A stretch of 50,060 nt of DNA from Chloroflexota bacterium (GCA_039714215.1 JBDLJU010000003.1:1-50060), one strand, 5' to 3'. Shown: positions 19,427 through 29,827, counted from the first letter of the stretch. The notes: generated by a model not told the origin, from the sequence alone. Made by a program: numbers and translations.

Positions 19427-19547
19427 CCAGGCCTAGTTCTTTTTACTATTAAAGTATAATTGCTAAGAATAAGCTTTGGGCCTCCGGTTAACCGAAGCCA
19501 TTCTTCCATCCAAGATTGAACATTCCAAGAAAGTAATAGGATTCCGA

Positions 19548-20363
19548 ATGGACGAGAATCAAATCAAACTTCCTGATCAATTTTCAACCATCACCAAATT
19601 AGGGAAACCAATCGAGATCTTCCAGGCCAAATCTTATCTCATCCTGCAGATCATCTTAGCCTTCTTGTTCCTGGTCATTTCGGGAGGGTTGTTTGTTTAC
19701 AGCACATACCTCGGTTTTGATTTATGGAATAAACAATACTACCCACCAATTATCATTAAGACCCTGCTGCCCTGGTTTCTAGGTCTGATTGCGGCGGTGG
19801 TAATCACCGTACTGATCGGTTGGCAGATTTACTCAAGCCGGAAAAAAGCAGCCGTGGTCTATAAGAACGGATTTGCCTATTCAGACTTCCGGGGGGTTAA
19901 AAGCTGTCCATGGGACCAGATCAAATCGGTCACCGCCAAAGTTGTGCGTAACTATACCTACGGGATCTACATCGGGACTGCCCATACCTACACCCTGATC
20001 AATCTCAACGATGAAAAACTGACGATCAATGACTCACTCTCCAAAGTAGAGCGGTTCTATGACCTGCTGCAGAATAAGTCGCTTCAATCCCGCTACCAGC
20101 GCTCCGCCGACCAGTACAACCTCGGCAAACAGGTCAACTTTGGACCGATTTCAATCAGCAAGGGGCAAGGCCTGCTGATTGGCAAGAAGTCCTACCCCTG
20201 GGACGGGATCGCCGAGGTCTCCATCCATCAAGGGATGCTCTCGATCAAAAAGAAGGACGGAGGCTGGTTCAGCGGAGCAACGGCTAGCAGCAGTGCGATC
20301 CCTAACCTGCATGTACTCCTCTCGATCATCGACCAAATTGTTGGTATCCAAACAGGAAGCTAA
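19548..20363 (+). CDS. Hypothetical membrane protein (two TM helices plus PH-like repeats; possibly DUF6585-like)
   Basis: Two hydrophobic segments and two 'PWDxI' repeats; start at MDENQ after AGGA. Confidence 0.7.
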   Translation: MDENQIKLPDQFSTITKLGKPIEIFQAKSYLILQIILAFLFLVISGGLFVYSTYLGFDLWNKQYYPPIIIKTLLPWFLGLIAAVVITVLIGWQIYSSRKKAAVVYKNGFAYSDFRGVKSCPWDQIKSVTAKVVRNYTYGIYIGTAHTYTLINLNDEKLTINDSLSKVERFYDLLQNKSLQSRYQRSADQYNLGKQVNFGPISISKGQGLLIGKKSYPWDGIAEVSIHQGMLSIKKKDGGWFSGATASSSAIPNLHVLLSIIDQIVGIQTGS

Positions 20364-20365
20364 AA

Positions 20366-21169
20366 ATGTCATCTAACCCTTCAAATCGCTTCACCCAGTG
20401 GCTGATTTTATTTTCCTTGATGATCAGTTTAACTCTCTCAGGCTGCTCCGTGGTTGAGAGTCTGATCCCTACTGCGACCAACACCGCCACGCAAACCCCA
20501 ACGAAAACCCATACGCCTACCGCAACTGCAACATATACCCCGACCTCCACATCGACGCACACCCCAACTGTTACAGATACCCCTACAATTACTCCCACAC
20601 CTACGATCACACCCACGCCGACAATCACTCCTTCTCCCACCTTCGACTTCCCCGACATCACGGTAACGATCAATGCCAACTGCCGTTGGGGACCAGGATT
20701 GGCCTACATGCACGCCATCACCGTATACGAAGGTGAGCATGGTCTTGTCCACGGCCGGAATTACAGCGGCACCTGGCTTTATATTCTCCCCGATAGCTGG
20801 AACAAACGCTGCTGGGTCTCTGCTTCTGTTGTCGACGTGGTCGGTGATGTGTTTACGGTCGTCCCGTACACCTCCCCACTGCCCTATACCAGTTTCATCG
20901 GACCGCCGAAAAATGTACAGGCCACGCGCAACGGCAACGAGGTCACCGTAACGTGGGATTCCGTCTCAGTAAAACCTGAAGATGCCCGCGGCTACCTGAT
21001 CGAGGCGACACTGTGCCAGGATGGCGCTCAGTACGATACTGCAGTTTACACCGAGGGCACCAGCTATACCTTCATAGATTTCACCAATTGCGGCTCAAGC
21101 TCAGGGGGACGACTGTATGCCGGTGAAAAACACGGCTATACCCAGCCAGTCACGATCCCATGGCCGTAA
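20366..21169 (+). CDS. Putative lipoprotein with Thr/Pro-rich linker, SH3b-like and Fn3-like domains
   Basis: Lipobox LSGC, (TPTI)n linker, NANCRWGPG (SH3b-like), PPKNVQATRNGNEVTVTW (Fn3-like). Confidence 0.78.
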   Translation: MSSNPSNRFTQWLILFSLMISLTLSGCSVVESLIPTATNTATQTPTKTHTPTATATYTPTSTSTHTPTVTDTPTITPTPTITPTPTITPSPTFDFPDITVTINANCRWGPGLAYMHAITVYEGEHGLVHGRNYSGTWLYILPDSWNKRCWVSASVVDVVGDVFTVVPYTSPLPYTSFIGPPKNVQATRNGNEVTVTWDSVSVKPEDARGYLIEATLCQDGAQYDTAVYTEGTSYTFIDFTNCGSSSGGRLYAGEKHGYTQPVTIPWP

Positions 21170-21310
21170 GAGCATCACTGAACCAATCGCTGCAGGATAA
21201 ACAATCACCCGGGTAATCGTCCCTGCCCTTAAACCAATTTTCCTAATTTCCATAGTTTTTGTGTTTTTTTCTATATAATAGAGCTATGTTAATTAGTTAG
21301 GAGGAAGAAA

Positions 21311-22381
21311 ATGCGTTTGAAACCAAATTTAAGATTCTTTTTGATTGTGCTTGTTTTGATCTCAATTTCCCTGGCCTGCGGTATTGATATCGACACAGGC
21401 AACAACGGGACGAACCCGCCAGAGCAAGCCTCTCCCACAGACACATCCCAACCGCCTGCGGACCCCGGTCAGCCAGATCAACCCCAAACCCCAACGGACA
21501 CCTCACCGCCGCCAGCTACAGTTCCCCCAGTCCCCCCCACGGATACGCCCTGCGAACCGGATTCGGAATTCGTTGCCGACCTTAACATCCCCGATGGCAC
21601 CCTGATCGCCCCAGGAGCAACCTTCACAAAATCATGGCGCATCGAAAATGACGGCACCTGCACCTGGGACAGCACCTATACCTGGGAGCAGATCGACAGC
21701 AGCGGCAACAAACTGCTCGCTTCTGTTTTGGTGATGCCGATCGCGTCTACCGTCGCACCTGGCGGCACACTCGAAATTACCGTTACCCTGACCTTGTCTG
21801 CCACCGCGACTGTCGGCGAGCGCTATGACGCCTTTTTCCAGATGCGCTCCCCAGGCGGTGACCTGTTCGGCACCCATCCTTACGCCCGAATCTATGCTGC
21901 CCCGCACGCCGGGGTCTGCCCGGTGGGACCCAGCGGACAAAGTTTGTTCATCAACACTTCTGAAAAGTTCTGCTTCCTTTACCCCACCGGATACAATGCC
22001 TATATTGGGGCAACTGGAAGCAGCCATGTCAACGAACCACCGGCAACCCAGGGTGAACAAATTTTACCTTCAGTTAGTATTACCAACTACGGCTCCAGCG
22101 GTGGATTGGGGACTAACGCATGGGCAGCCTCGATGATATCCAGCTGGGAAGCGCCGGCCTCACCAGCAGTGGTAACAAATACCGAGGTCGGTGGGATCCA
22201 TGCCAAGTCTGCTGCAGGTTTACCTGGGATCGTCACTGTCACTTCCGTATTCCTGGTACATGATGGGGACGGTTGGGTGTTCACGATCCAACCGGTATAC
22301 AGCGGGATGCCCGTCCGAACCACAACTGCCCTGGAGCTTTGGGAAATTGTCAGACTGTCCTTCACGTTCTACGGACCCTAA
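21311..22381 (+). CDS. Putative lipoprotein with NBR1-Ig-like (FW) domain
   Basis: Lipobox SLAC, Pro-rich linker, FVADLNIPDGT.IAPGATFTKSWRIENDGTCTW motif; RBS AGGAGG. Confidence 0.82.
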   Translation: MRLKPNLRFFLIVLVLISISLACGIDIDTGNNGTNPPEQASPTDTSQPPADPGQPDQPQTPTDTSPPPATVPPVPPTDTPCEPDSEFVADLNIPDGTLIAPGATFTKSWRIENDGTCTWDSTYTWEQIDSSGNKLLASVLVMPIASTVAPGGTLEITVTLTLSATATVGERYDAFFQMRSPGGDLFGTHPYARIYAAPHAGVCPVGPSGQSLFINTSEKFCFLYPTGYNAYIGATGSSHVNEPPATQGEQILPSVSITNYGSSGGLGTNAWAASMISSWEAPASPAVVTNTEVGGIHAKSAAGLPGIVTVTSVFLVHDGDGWVFTIQPVYSGMPVRTTTALELWEIVRLSFTFYGP

Positions 22382-22413
22382 TATCAAACAATTCAGTTAA
22401 TCGATAGAATTGA

Positions 22414-22443
22414 AAACCGCCTCAGGAAATACTGAGGCGGTTT
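22414..22443. terminator. Bidirectional terminator between convergent genes
   Basis: AAACCGCCTCAG-gaaata-CTGAGGCGGTTT. Confidence 0.75.
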
Positions 22444-22463
22444 CTCTTAACTAATAGATTCCT

Positions 22464-23534
22464 CTACCCAGCTTGAGCATTAACCAATTCAACACCCAGG
22501 TTTACCAGTTCCTCGGTTTCACTGTCTTTCAGCTCACCAAGACAGCTGAGATAGGCACCATTCGGCGAGAACAAGATCACCAGCTGGCTGAAATTATCCG
22601 TTTGTTTCACCCCCTGGCGCAATGGATGTCGCTCCGCCCAGTCTGACAATGACCCCACAACCAAAGAAGACAGCAGGCGTTTTGCGCCAATCGGATCACT
22701 GGCGTAGCATAAAAAATGTTCATCTAATCGGTGATCTTCAATTTCCATCTGATCAGCGCGATCAATATTGGGCGTATCCGCATCCCCAAATCCATACATG
22801 CGCATGGACTGGCGGAAAAGAGTTTTACCCATCATTGCCATGATCTTCTTGCCACTCTCCTGACCTTCAAGCTTCTGTGCCAGATACAAGAATTGCCCAG
22901 GATAGGTGAAATCCTTGGAGAGCCAACGAGTTACTGGTGATGCGCCAAGTGGGATTGTTTGCATCTGCCAGCGCACGCCGTTGGTTTCTTGTGCGGCCAT
23001 TTCGTCGAGAGCCACCCCATTTGGCTGGTAAGCTTCCGAGAACAACTTAGATCCCATTTCCAGCATGCCCATGGTGGTCTGGTCATGCCCGCCAACCCCA
23101 ACTGCCAATCGGATTTTTTCTGCGGCAGTTTCATTACGTAATGCCCCGCCGGAGTAATAACTGCGCAGTGGATAGGTTTCCCCGTCTTTCATGGCAATCA
23201 CCACCCGATAGGAAGGGCTGTTGCGGTTATCTCGTCTGCGAGACTGCTGCACAAAGACTGACTGAATATTACTCACGGGAAGTTCATCGACCTTTCTACT
23301 AATAATTCCGATCCTCCGGAGGAGCAGCACCCGGCGGCTGTCAGCAAATTCTACAATTAACAACCTTGACAAGAGCAGAACCAGCAATCCAGCCCCTGCT
23401 ATCCCAATGGTTATGCCAATCGACATCGACTGATAATACCCATAGATCGCAACCGCAAAAAGTATCAATGCAACCGTCCAGATATTTATCGGGTACTCTC
23501 GGATTATTTCTTCCCTCTGCCGGCTGTCCATCAT
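22464..23534 (-). CDS. Hypothetical membrane protein
   Basis: 356-aa ORF, two N-terminal TM helices, RBS GGAGG. Confidence 0.75.
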   Translation of the reverse strand: MMDSRQREEIIREYPINIWTVALILFAVAIYGYYQSMSIGITIGIAGAGLLVLLLSRLLIVEFADSRRVLLLRRIGIISRKVDELPVSNIQSVFVQQSRRRDNRNSPSYRVVIAMKDGETYPLRSYYSGGALRNETAAEKIRLAVGVGGHDQTTMGMLEMGSKLFSEAYQPNGVALDEMAAQETNGVRWQMQTIPLGASPVTRWLSKDFTYPGQFLYLAQKLEGQESGKKIMAMMGKTLFRQSMRMYGFGDADTPNIDRADQMEIEDHRLDEHFLCYASDPIGAKRLLSSLVVGSLSDWAERHPLRQGVKQTDNFSQLVILFSPNGAYLSCLGELKDSETEELVNLGVELVNAQAG

Positions 23535-23704
23535 CTGATCCCTCCATTCATCTCTGAAAAGGCTTACTCCATCAAAAAATCGTCTTTCAATCAGCTAAGA
23601 TCGTCTTCAGCATCAATTTCTAATTTTTTCGTTAACTGACACTTATCTCTTATGATTGTACATTATACAATTATTTAATCAAAAACGTTTAACTGGAGAT
23701 CAGT

Positions 23705-24112
23705 ATGCCCTACGGAAATCATGAGAAGATACTACCCGTCCACCTCAATACGGGAGAGATCCAGATTGAATTCCAAGATGAATCCTTTTACCGCAAATAT
23801 ATGGACGGCAGCGCTTTGGGAGTCTATTACTTGCTCAAACACACCCCCGCAAGCACCGACCCGCTCTCCCCAGAAAACACCCTGGTGCTGGCGCTCAGCT
23901 TGCTTACCGGTGCACCCATCTCTGGCCAGAGCCGGATCACTGCCGTGGCTAAATCGCCACTTACCGGCGGTAAAAGCGATGGCAATCTTTCCCATCCTGA
24001 GGAGTTGGAAGATGCCAAAAACATCTACTACCAACTGGCTGGCTGGAACGAACAAGTCAACCCCACCAAAGAGACCTTAGGTTCCCTGGGATTGGAATGG
24101 TTAACGGATTAG
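23705..24112 (+). pseudogene. Aldehyde:ferredoxin oxidoreductase (AOR) relic with a large in-frame internal deletion
   Basis: The first ~89 aa are AOR N-terminus-like (KIL.V.L.TG..YMDGSALG..DPLSPEN.L..AKSPLTGG). They join directly to an AOR-like C-terminus (YYQLAGWNE..PTKETL..LGLEW). Full-length AORs are about 600 aa. Confidence 0.82.
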
Positions 24113-24350
24113 ACAAAAAGCAAATCAGGAGTTAAGCCTGATTAGAAACTAAAACAGGGAGCAGGTGCTTCGTTTAAAGTCATGGCTACCCGCAGGCCAA
24201 AAATCACGATTAAAGACCTGCGCTACCAAAAAACATCTCCCAATATTCATGCCTGCTCCTCACCGCGGACCGCGCTCAAATGCTATAATTAAATCTAGCA
24301 AAATCAATTAGCCAACTACCAACCAGCCAATATCCAGGAGCTATTTAATC

Positions 24351-25463
24351 GTGTCCAACAATCCTTTCGTTCAACGACAAGCAAAGTTATCCGCCCTCCT
24401 CCAAGAAGCTGGCATAGCTGCCCTGATGCTTAACCCCGGTTCCAGTCTCACTTATCTCACCGGCTTAGGCTTTCACCTGATGGAACGCCCCGTCGTCGGG
24501 GTTTTCACTCCCGACCAGCCGCCCCTGATCATCCTCCCCGAACTGGAAACGCAAAAACTGGAGCAAGCCCCCTACCCGGTCGAGTTTTCTGCTTTTGGCG
24601 AAGACCCCGCCACCTGGCCCGGGATCTACCAACAGGCGCTGAAGGACCTGCCGGCCGGAAAGTTCGGTGTTGAATACAACCAGCTGCGTTTATTAGAGTT
24701 CCGTCTCTTAGAATCCGCCCTGCCAGAGCACAAATTCATTGATGCCGCTGAGACCGTCGCGCAGCTGCGCATGTTTAAAGACCAAACCGAGATTGACAAA
24801 ATGCAGACCGCCGTCGATATTGCCCAGGGTGCCCTGAAGGCAGCCTTACCTCTGGTCAAGATCGGGATGACCGAAGCTGAACTCGCCAGTGAGCTAGTCA
24901 TGCAGCTGCTGCGTCATGGCAGCGAAGGCGAGTTCCCCTTCCAGCCGATTGTCAGCACAGGTCCCAACGGCGCTAACCCGCACGCCACCCCTACCGCACG
25001 CAAGCTGGCGGCAGGCGACCTGCTGGTGATTGATTACGGCGCCACCCACCAGGGCTATATCTCCGATATTACCCGCACATTCGCCATCGCTGAGGCCAGT
25101 GAGGAGCAGCGCGAGGTACACGCTCTGGTCGGCGCTGCCAATGCAGCAGGACGCGCCGCCGCCAAACCGGGGGTCACCTGCTCGGCGGTTGATCATGCCA
25201 CACGAAAACCGATCACCGATGCCGGGTATGGTGAGTTTTTCACCCACCGCACCGGGCACGGCATCGGTATGGAACCCCACGAAGGTCCTTATATCCGAGC
25301 TGGCAACCCGAGGATCCTAAAACCGGGGATGACCTTCACCATCGAGCCCGGCATCTACCTGCCAGACCGCTTTGGCGTGCGGATTGAGGACAATGTGGTG
25401 ATTACTGGCGATGGGTTGCTCAGCCTGACCACCCTGCCGCGCGAGATCCAAATTATTGGTTAA
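24351..25463 (+). CDS. Xaa-Pro peptidase family protein (M24B)
   Basis: LRMFKD, ANPH, IDYGA..GYISDITRT, HRTGHGIGMEPHE, TIEPGIY, GVRIED; GTG start after AGGAG. Confidence 0.95.
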   Translation: MSNNPFVQRQAKLSALLQEAGIAALMLNPGSSLTYLTGLGFHLMERPVVGVFTPDQPPLIILPELETQKLEQAPYPVEFSAFGEDPATWPGIYQQALKDLPAGKFGVEYNQLRLLEFRLLESALPEHKFIDAAETVAQLRMFKDQTEIDKMQTAVDIAQGALKAALPLVKIGMTEAELASELVMQLLRHGSEGEFPFQPIVSTGPNGANPHATPTARKLAAGDLLVIDYGATHQGYISDITRTFAIAEASEEQREVHALVGAANAAGRAAAKPGVTCSAVDHATRKPITDAGYGEFFTHRTGHGIGMEPHEGPYIRAGNPRILKPGMTFTIEPGIYLPDRFGVRIEDNVVITGDGLLSLTTLPREIQIIG

Positions 25464-25483
25464 CCAGTTTTGGAGGAGATCGA

Positions 25484-26242
25484 ATGGAAAAATATACGAT
25501 TCCCAATGCTGAACCCTTCTTCCTCCCCGGAGGAAAAACCGGATGTTTGCTGGTGCACGGCTTTACCGGCGCCCCCACAGAGATGCGCCAGCTTGGTGAT
25601 TTCCTCCACCAGCAGGGACACACTGTCCTCGGCGTACGCCTGGCAGGACACGCCACCAAAATGAAAGACATGATCCGCTCACGGCATAAGGATTGGCTGG
25701 TATCGGTGGAAGACGGCTGGCACCTGCTGCAGGGACACACCGAGCGGATATTCTTGATCGGCCTCTCGATGGGAGGAGTGCTCTCGCTGATCACGGCTTC
25801 ACGCCTGCCCGTCGCCGGGGTGGTCGCCATGTCGACGCCCTATTTATTTCCAGACCCGCTCTTCCGCAAGATTCCATGGGCACTGCGCCTGGCCAGTCCG
25901 ATCATCCCCCTAAAATCAAAAAATGAAGGGCAATGGTTCACCCCCGAATTGACGGAAAGCCACATCAGCTACAGCCATAATCCGGTCCGCTCAGTATATG
26001 AGCTCGCCATGCTGATCGAGCGGCTCCAGGTCAGTTTGCCTGCGGTGCAGGTACCCGCGCTGGTGATCCACTCAAAGAATGACGATTACGTTCCCCCCGA
26101 TAACGCCAACCTGATCTACCAGCATCTCGGCAGTCAAAACAAAGAGCTCATCTGGGTTGACCAGGCTAACCATGTGATTACCCGCGACGGAGATACCGCT
26201 CGCGTGTTTAAACCGATAGCTGAGTTTATCCAAACACATTAG
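25484..26242 (+). CDS. Carboxylesterase / monoacylglycerol lipase-like alpha/beta hydrolase
   Basis: LVHGFTG, LAGH, GLSMGG nucleophile elbow, DDYV, ANHV. Confidence 0.92.
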   Translation: MEKYTIPNAEPFFLPGGKTGCLLVHGFTGAPTEMRQLGDFLHQQGHTVLGVRLAGHATKMKDMIRSRHKDWLVSVEDGWHLLQGHTERIFLIGLSMGGVLSLITASRLPVAGVVAMSTPYLFPDPLFRKIPWALRLASPIIPLKSKNEGQWFTPELTESHISYSHNPVRSVYELAMLIERLQVSLPAVQVPALVIHSKNDDYVPPDNANLIYQHLGSQNKELIWVDQANHVITRDGDTARVFKPIAEFIQTH

Positions 26243-26329
26243 GTCAAATTATTAATCCAGAAGATCATTTTTATGATCTTCTGCCCAATCGAAACCTTGT
26301 TTCGATCAGATTCGATCGGAGGAGAAAAA

Positions 26330-27331
26330 ATGTTAGAAACCCTGTTCCAACAAAGCCTGGATTTCACATTGTTCTTGCAAAGCATCGGAGATTGGCTTAC
26401 CCCGATCATGCAGGCCTTCACTTTCCTCGGCAACGAAGAATTCTATCTGCTGGTGATGCCTATCCTGGTCTGGTTAGTTGATTATCGCTTCGGTGCCCGT
26501 ATGGGAACGCTGCTGCTCACCACCGGAGCGATCAACTGGATCGGGAAAGCTGCCTGCCACCAGCCACGCCCTTTCTGGATCGACACAGGGATCAAGGTAC
26601 TTGATCCTACCCCACACACCGGTTTTGGTGTGCCGTCGGGGCATTCGATGAATTCAGCGGCAGTGTTTGGCCTGTTCGCAACGTGGATCAAACGCTCCTG
26701 GGTCACTGTACTGGCAGTATTTATCTTCCTGATGGTAGGCATTTCCAGGATCTACCTCGGCGTACACTTTACCGTGGATGTCGTCGTTGGCTGGACCCTG
26801 GGACTGCTGATCCTCTGGCTGTTCATTAAATTTGAGGACAAAGTTGCGTCATGGTTCAAATCCAAATCAGCCGCTGCACAGATCGGCACTGCCTTTGTGA
26901 TCACGATCGGGCTGACCCTGATCGGAGCGGGGGTGAGATTTTTAGTTCTCGCAAACGGCTTTGAGCTGCTCCCCATCTGGATTGAAAATGCCATGCACCA
27001 CCAACCCGATACCCCGCTCGACCCACTGAACCTCGATGGTCTGATCACCAATACCGGCGCTTTGTTTGGCCTGGCATGCGGAGTGGTCTGGATCAACGGC
27101 TCAGGCGGGTTCAATGCCGCCAGTGGACCATGGTGGAAAAAGATCGTGCGTTTTGTAGTCGGCCTGATCGGTGTAGTGCTCTTCTGGCAGGTGCTCGGAA
27201 GCGTGCTCCCCGACACGCCAGACCTGGTGGGTTACAGTCTGCGCTACATGCGCTATGCTCTGGTTGGCTTCTGGATGGCGGGCCTCGGTCCATGGCTGTT
27301 TATCAAACTTGGCATTGGAGAAAAGAAATAA
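26330..27331 (+). CDS. PAP2-family membrane phosphatase
   Basis: K....QPRP, PSGH, SRIYLGVHF..DV..G motifs; start MLETLF after GGAGGAG. Confidence 0.92.
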   Translation: MLETLFQQSLDFTLFLQSIGDWLTPIMQAFTFLGNEEFYLLVMPILVWLVDYRFGARMGTLLLTTGAINWIGKAACHQPRPFWIDTGIKVLDPTPHTGFGVPSGHSMNSAAVFGLFATWIKRSWVTVLAVFIFLMVGISRIYLGVHFTVDVVVGWTLGLLILWLFIKFEDKVASWFKSKSAAAQIGTAFVITIGLTLIGAGVRFLVLANGFELLPIWIENAMHHQPDTPLDPLNLDGLITNTGALFGLACGVVWINGSGGFNAASGPWWKKIVRFVVGLIGVVLFWQVLGSVLPDTPDLVGYSLRYMRYALVGFWMAGLGPWLFIKLGIGEKK

Positions 27332-27372
27332 GCTCTCACCGAAGTCACTGGAACATCCAAATTCAAACGATC

Positions 27373-27403
27373 AAAAAAAGACCCTGGAAAATTCCAGGGT
27401 CTT
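27373..27403 (-). terminator. Intrinsic terminator of the EF-G-like gene (possibly bidirectional)
   Basis: AAGACCCTGGAA-aa-TTCCAGGGTCTT with an A7 tract on the left. Confidence 0.8.
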
Positions 27404-27433
27404 CAACTTTCACTTATTCAGAAGCTGAGGAGT

Positions 27434-29503
27434 TTATTCCTCTTCTTCTTTTTCCTTATCACGGGCAGCCATAATATCCTGCTGTAAGTGCGTGGGCACC
27501 CGATCGTAGTGCGATTCTTCCATCGAGAACACCCCGCGCCCACCGGTCATTGACCGCAGGTCTGTGGTGTAGCGCAGCATTTCAGCCAAAGGCACCTTGG
27601 CGTTCACTACTGAACGGCCTTTTTCGGTATCCATGCCCTGCACCCTTGCCCGCCGGGTGTTCAGGTCTCCGAGGATGTCGCCCATATTTTCTTCGGGGAC
27701 CACAATTCTCACATCCATAATTGGCTCTTCCAAAACTGCCCCGGCAGCGGCAAACGCTTTCTTGAAAGCCTCACGTCCTGCCACCTCAAAAGCCACCGGC
27801 TTTGAATCCACCGGGTGTTCCTTGCCGTCAAATACTGCTGCTTTGACATTATGCACCGGGAAACCGGCAATCACACCCGATTCCATCACGCTCTTCACGC
27901 CTTTTTCAATCGCCGGCATGAAATTTTGGGAGACTGCCCCACCGAAGACCTCGTTAGCAAATTCAAAATGTTCATCTGCAAGCGGCTCAACCCGCAGGAA
28001 AACTTCCGCAAACTGACCAGCGCCGCCGGTCTGTTTCTTGTGGCGGTGCTGCGCTTCCGCAGACTTGGTGATCGTTTCCTGATAAGGCACTTTGGGTTCT
28101 TTGATATCCAACCCGGTCTGGAACTTCGCATCGGCTTTACGGATGGCGACATCGATATGCTGTCCGCCCATGCCCTGGAGCACGGTTTGTTTGGTCGAAG
28201 GAGCGTTGTACCAAGAGAGGGTCATATCCTCGTCGCAGATCCTCGTCAGGGTCTGGCCCATCTTACTGGCATCGCCCTGAGTCTTCGGGGAAACTGCTAC
28301 CCGATAAAGCGCATTAGGGTAATCCGCAGATTTAATCTTGAGCGGGTGCCCCTTGTCACACAATGTTTCACCTGTGGCAGTTTCACCAAGTTTAAGCACA
28401 ATTCCAATATCGCCGGCGTGCAGGTTCTGCACACCGTGATGTTCTTTACCCATCGGGATGCTTAGGTTCGCCATGCGTTCTTCTTCATCTTTCTGCGCAT
28501 TCCACACCCGTGAGTCGCTCACCATTGTCCCAGAGAACAGCTTGAAGTAAGTAATCTTACCCACAAACGGATCAGCTGTCGTCTTCCAAACATATGCAGC
28601 CAACGGACCGGCATCACTGGCGGGCAGCTCTTCATCGCCCTTCGCGCCCTCCCCAAGTTCAACCGGGCGTTCCGTTGGAGACGGCATGATCGAAATCATC
28701 ACATCCAACAGTTGGCTAAGTCCAACCTCATCATCAACGTCTGAAAGCAAAACAGGGACAAATGCTCCCTGCAGCACCGCACCGCGTAAACCAGACATGA
28801 TCTCTTCTGCGCTTAGTTCACCGCCATCGAGGTACTTCTCCAGCAAGGCATCGTCACCCTCGGCTGCTGCTTCAACCAGCTCCATCCGAGCTTCTTCAGC
28901 AGCATCTGCGTATTCCGCCGGGATCTCAACCGCCGCCGCCCCTTTGGCAGGGTAAGCTTTCATGTCCAGTAGATTAATCAATCCCTCGAAGCCCTCTTTC
29001 TCTCCCCAGGGCAGCTGCAGTTTGATCAAACGTTTATCTCCAGCCAATTCCTGCACCGAGGCTAAAGCAGCTTCATAATCAGAGGTGTCCCGGTGCATCC
29101 GGTTGATCAGCACGAATCGCGGCAGATCGAACTGATCGCCATAAGTCCAGCCGATCTCGGTGCCGACTTCGGCGCCAGAAACCGCATCGACGACCACCAG
29201 CATGCTCTCACACACCCGCAGAGAAGAAATCACTTCCCCAACGAAATCGGGGTAGCCGGGAGTATCTAACAAGTTGATTTTATGATCGTTGTGCTCTAGG
29301 GGAATTACAGAGGTGGATAATGATAACTGGCGGCGCTGCTCTTCTTCGTCGAAATCGGAGACAGTCGTGCCTTCCTGCACCACCCCCCGCCGATTGATCG
29401 CGCCTTTGAAGAACAGTAATGCGTCGGCCAGTGTTGTTTTACCCGCACCACTATGTGAAATCATGGCGATGTTGCGGATTTTTTCGGTTGTGTATTCTTT
29501 CAT
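27434..29503 (-). CDS. Elongation factor G-like protein (EF-G2 paralogue)
   Basis: HSGAGKTT, DTPG, five-domain EF-G layout (KKQTGGAGQF, DGKEHPVDS, LRSMTGGRG); divergent switch I (RQLSL) and G4 (NRMH); not in the rpsL-rpsG-tuf operon. Confidence 0.92.
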   Translation of the reverse strand: MKEYTTEKIRNIAMISHSGAGKTTLADALLFFKGAINRRGVVQEGTTVSDFDEEEQRRQLSLSTSVIPLEHNDHKINLLDTPGYPDFVGEVISSLRVCESMLVVVDAVSGAEVGTEIGWTYGDQFDLPRFVLINRMHRDTSDYEAALASVQELAGDKRLIKLQLPWGEKEGFEGLINLLDMKAYPAKGAAAVEIPAEYADAAEEARMELVEAAAEGDDALLEKYLDGGELSAEEIMSGLRGAVLQGAFVPVLLSDVDDEVGLSQLLDVMISIMPSPTERPVELGEGAKGDEELPASDAGPLAAYVWKTTADPFVGKITYFKLFSGTMVSDSRVWNAQKDEEERMANLSIPMGKEHHGVQNLHAGDIGIVLKLGETATGETLCDKGHPLKIKSADYPNALYRVAVSPKTQGDASKMGQTLTRICDEDMTLSWYNAPSTKQTVLQGMGGQHIDVAIRKADAKFQTGLDIKEPKVPYQETITKSAEAQHRHKKQTGGAGQFAEVFLRVEPLADEHFEFANEVFGGAVSQNFMPAIEKGVKSVMESGVIAGFPVHNVKAAVFDGKEHPVDSKPVAFEVAGREAFKKAFAAAGAVLEEPIMDVRIVVPEENMGDILGDLNTRRARVQGMDTEKGRSVVNAKVPLAEMLRYTTDLRSMTGGRGVFSMEESHYDRVPTHLQQDIMAARDKEKEEEE

Positions 29504-29827
29504 TGAAAGGGGCCCTTCCTTAAAATATTTTGGATTTTTATATTTAAAATAAGTGCTCTAATCATCAGAATAATTCGGGGCAGTTTTCAGGTATCTCTAC
29601 CAGCTGCACCCAAGGGTATATTATAAGACGTAATCGAATTTTTGGGGGGTTAAATAATTGGAATCATCTCTGATTTCCCCTTTTTTACATTTTTAAAAAT
29701 ATCTAATATCCTCTTCACTGAATATTGGAGTTCATTCGATTATATGTAGGATAATTTGGAAACCATCCGCCACTGGGAATTCAACTCCACCTCCTGTACC
29801 GAGTAAGATCAGCTCACCAATAACCCT

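Noticed and set aside
20468-20640. Tandem-repeat-like stretch
   Set aside because: Coding Thr/Pro linker; no constant repeat-spacer structure, so not CRISPR.
24147-24270. Nested complementarity GGAGCAGG/CCTGCTCC and CGCAGG/CCTGCG after the AOR relic
   Set aside because: Stems are short and far apart, with no promoter-terminator pair; could be chance.
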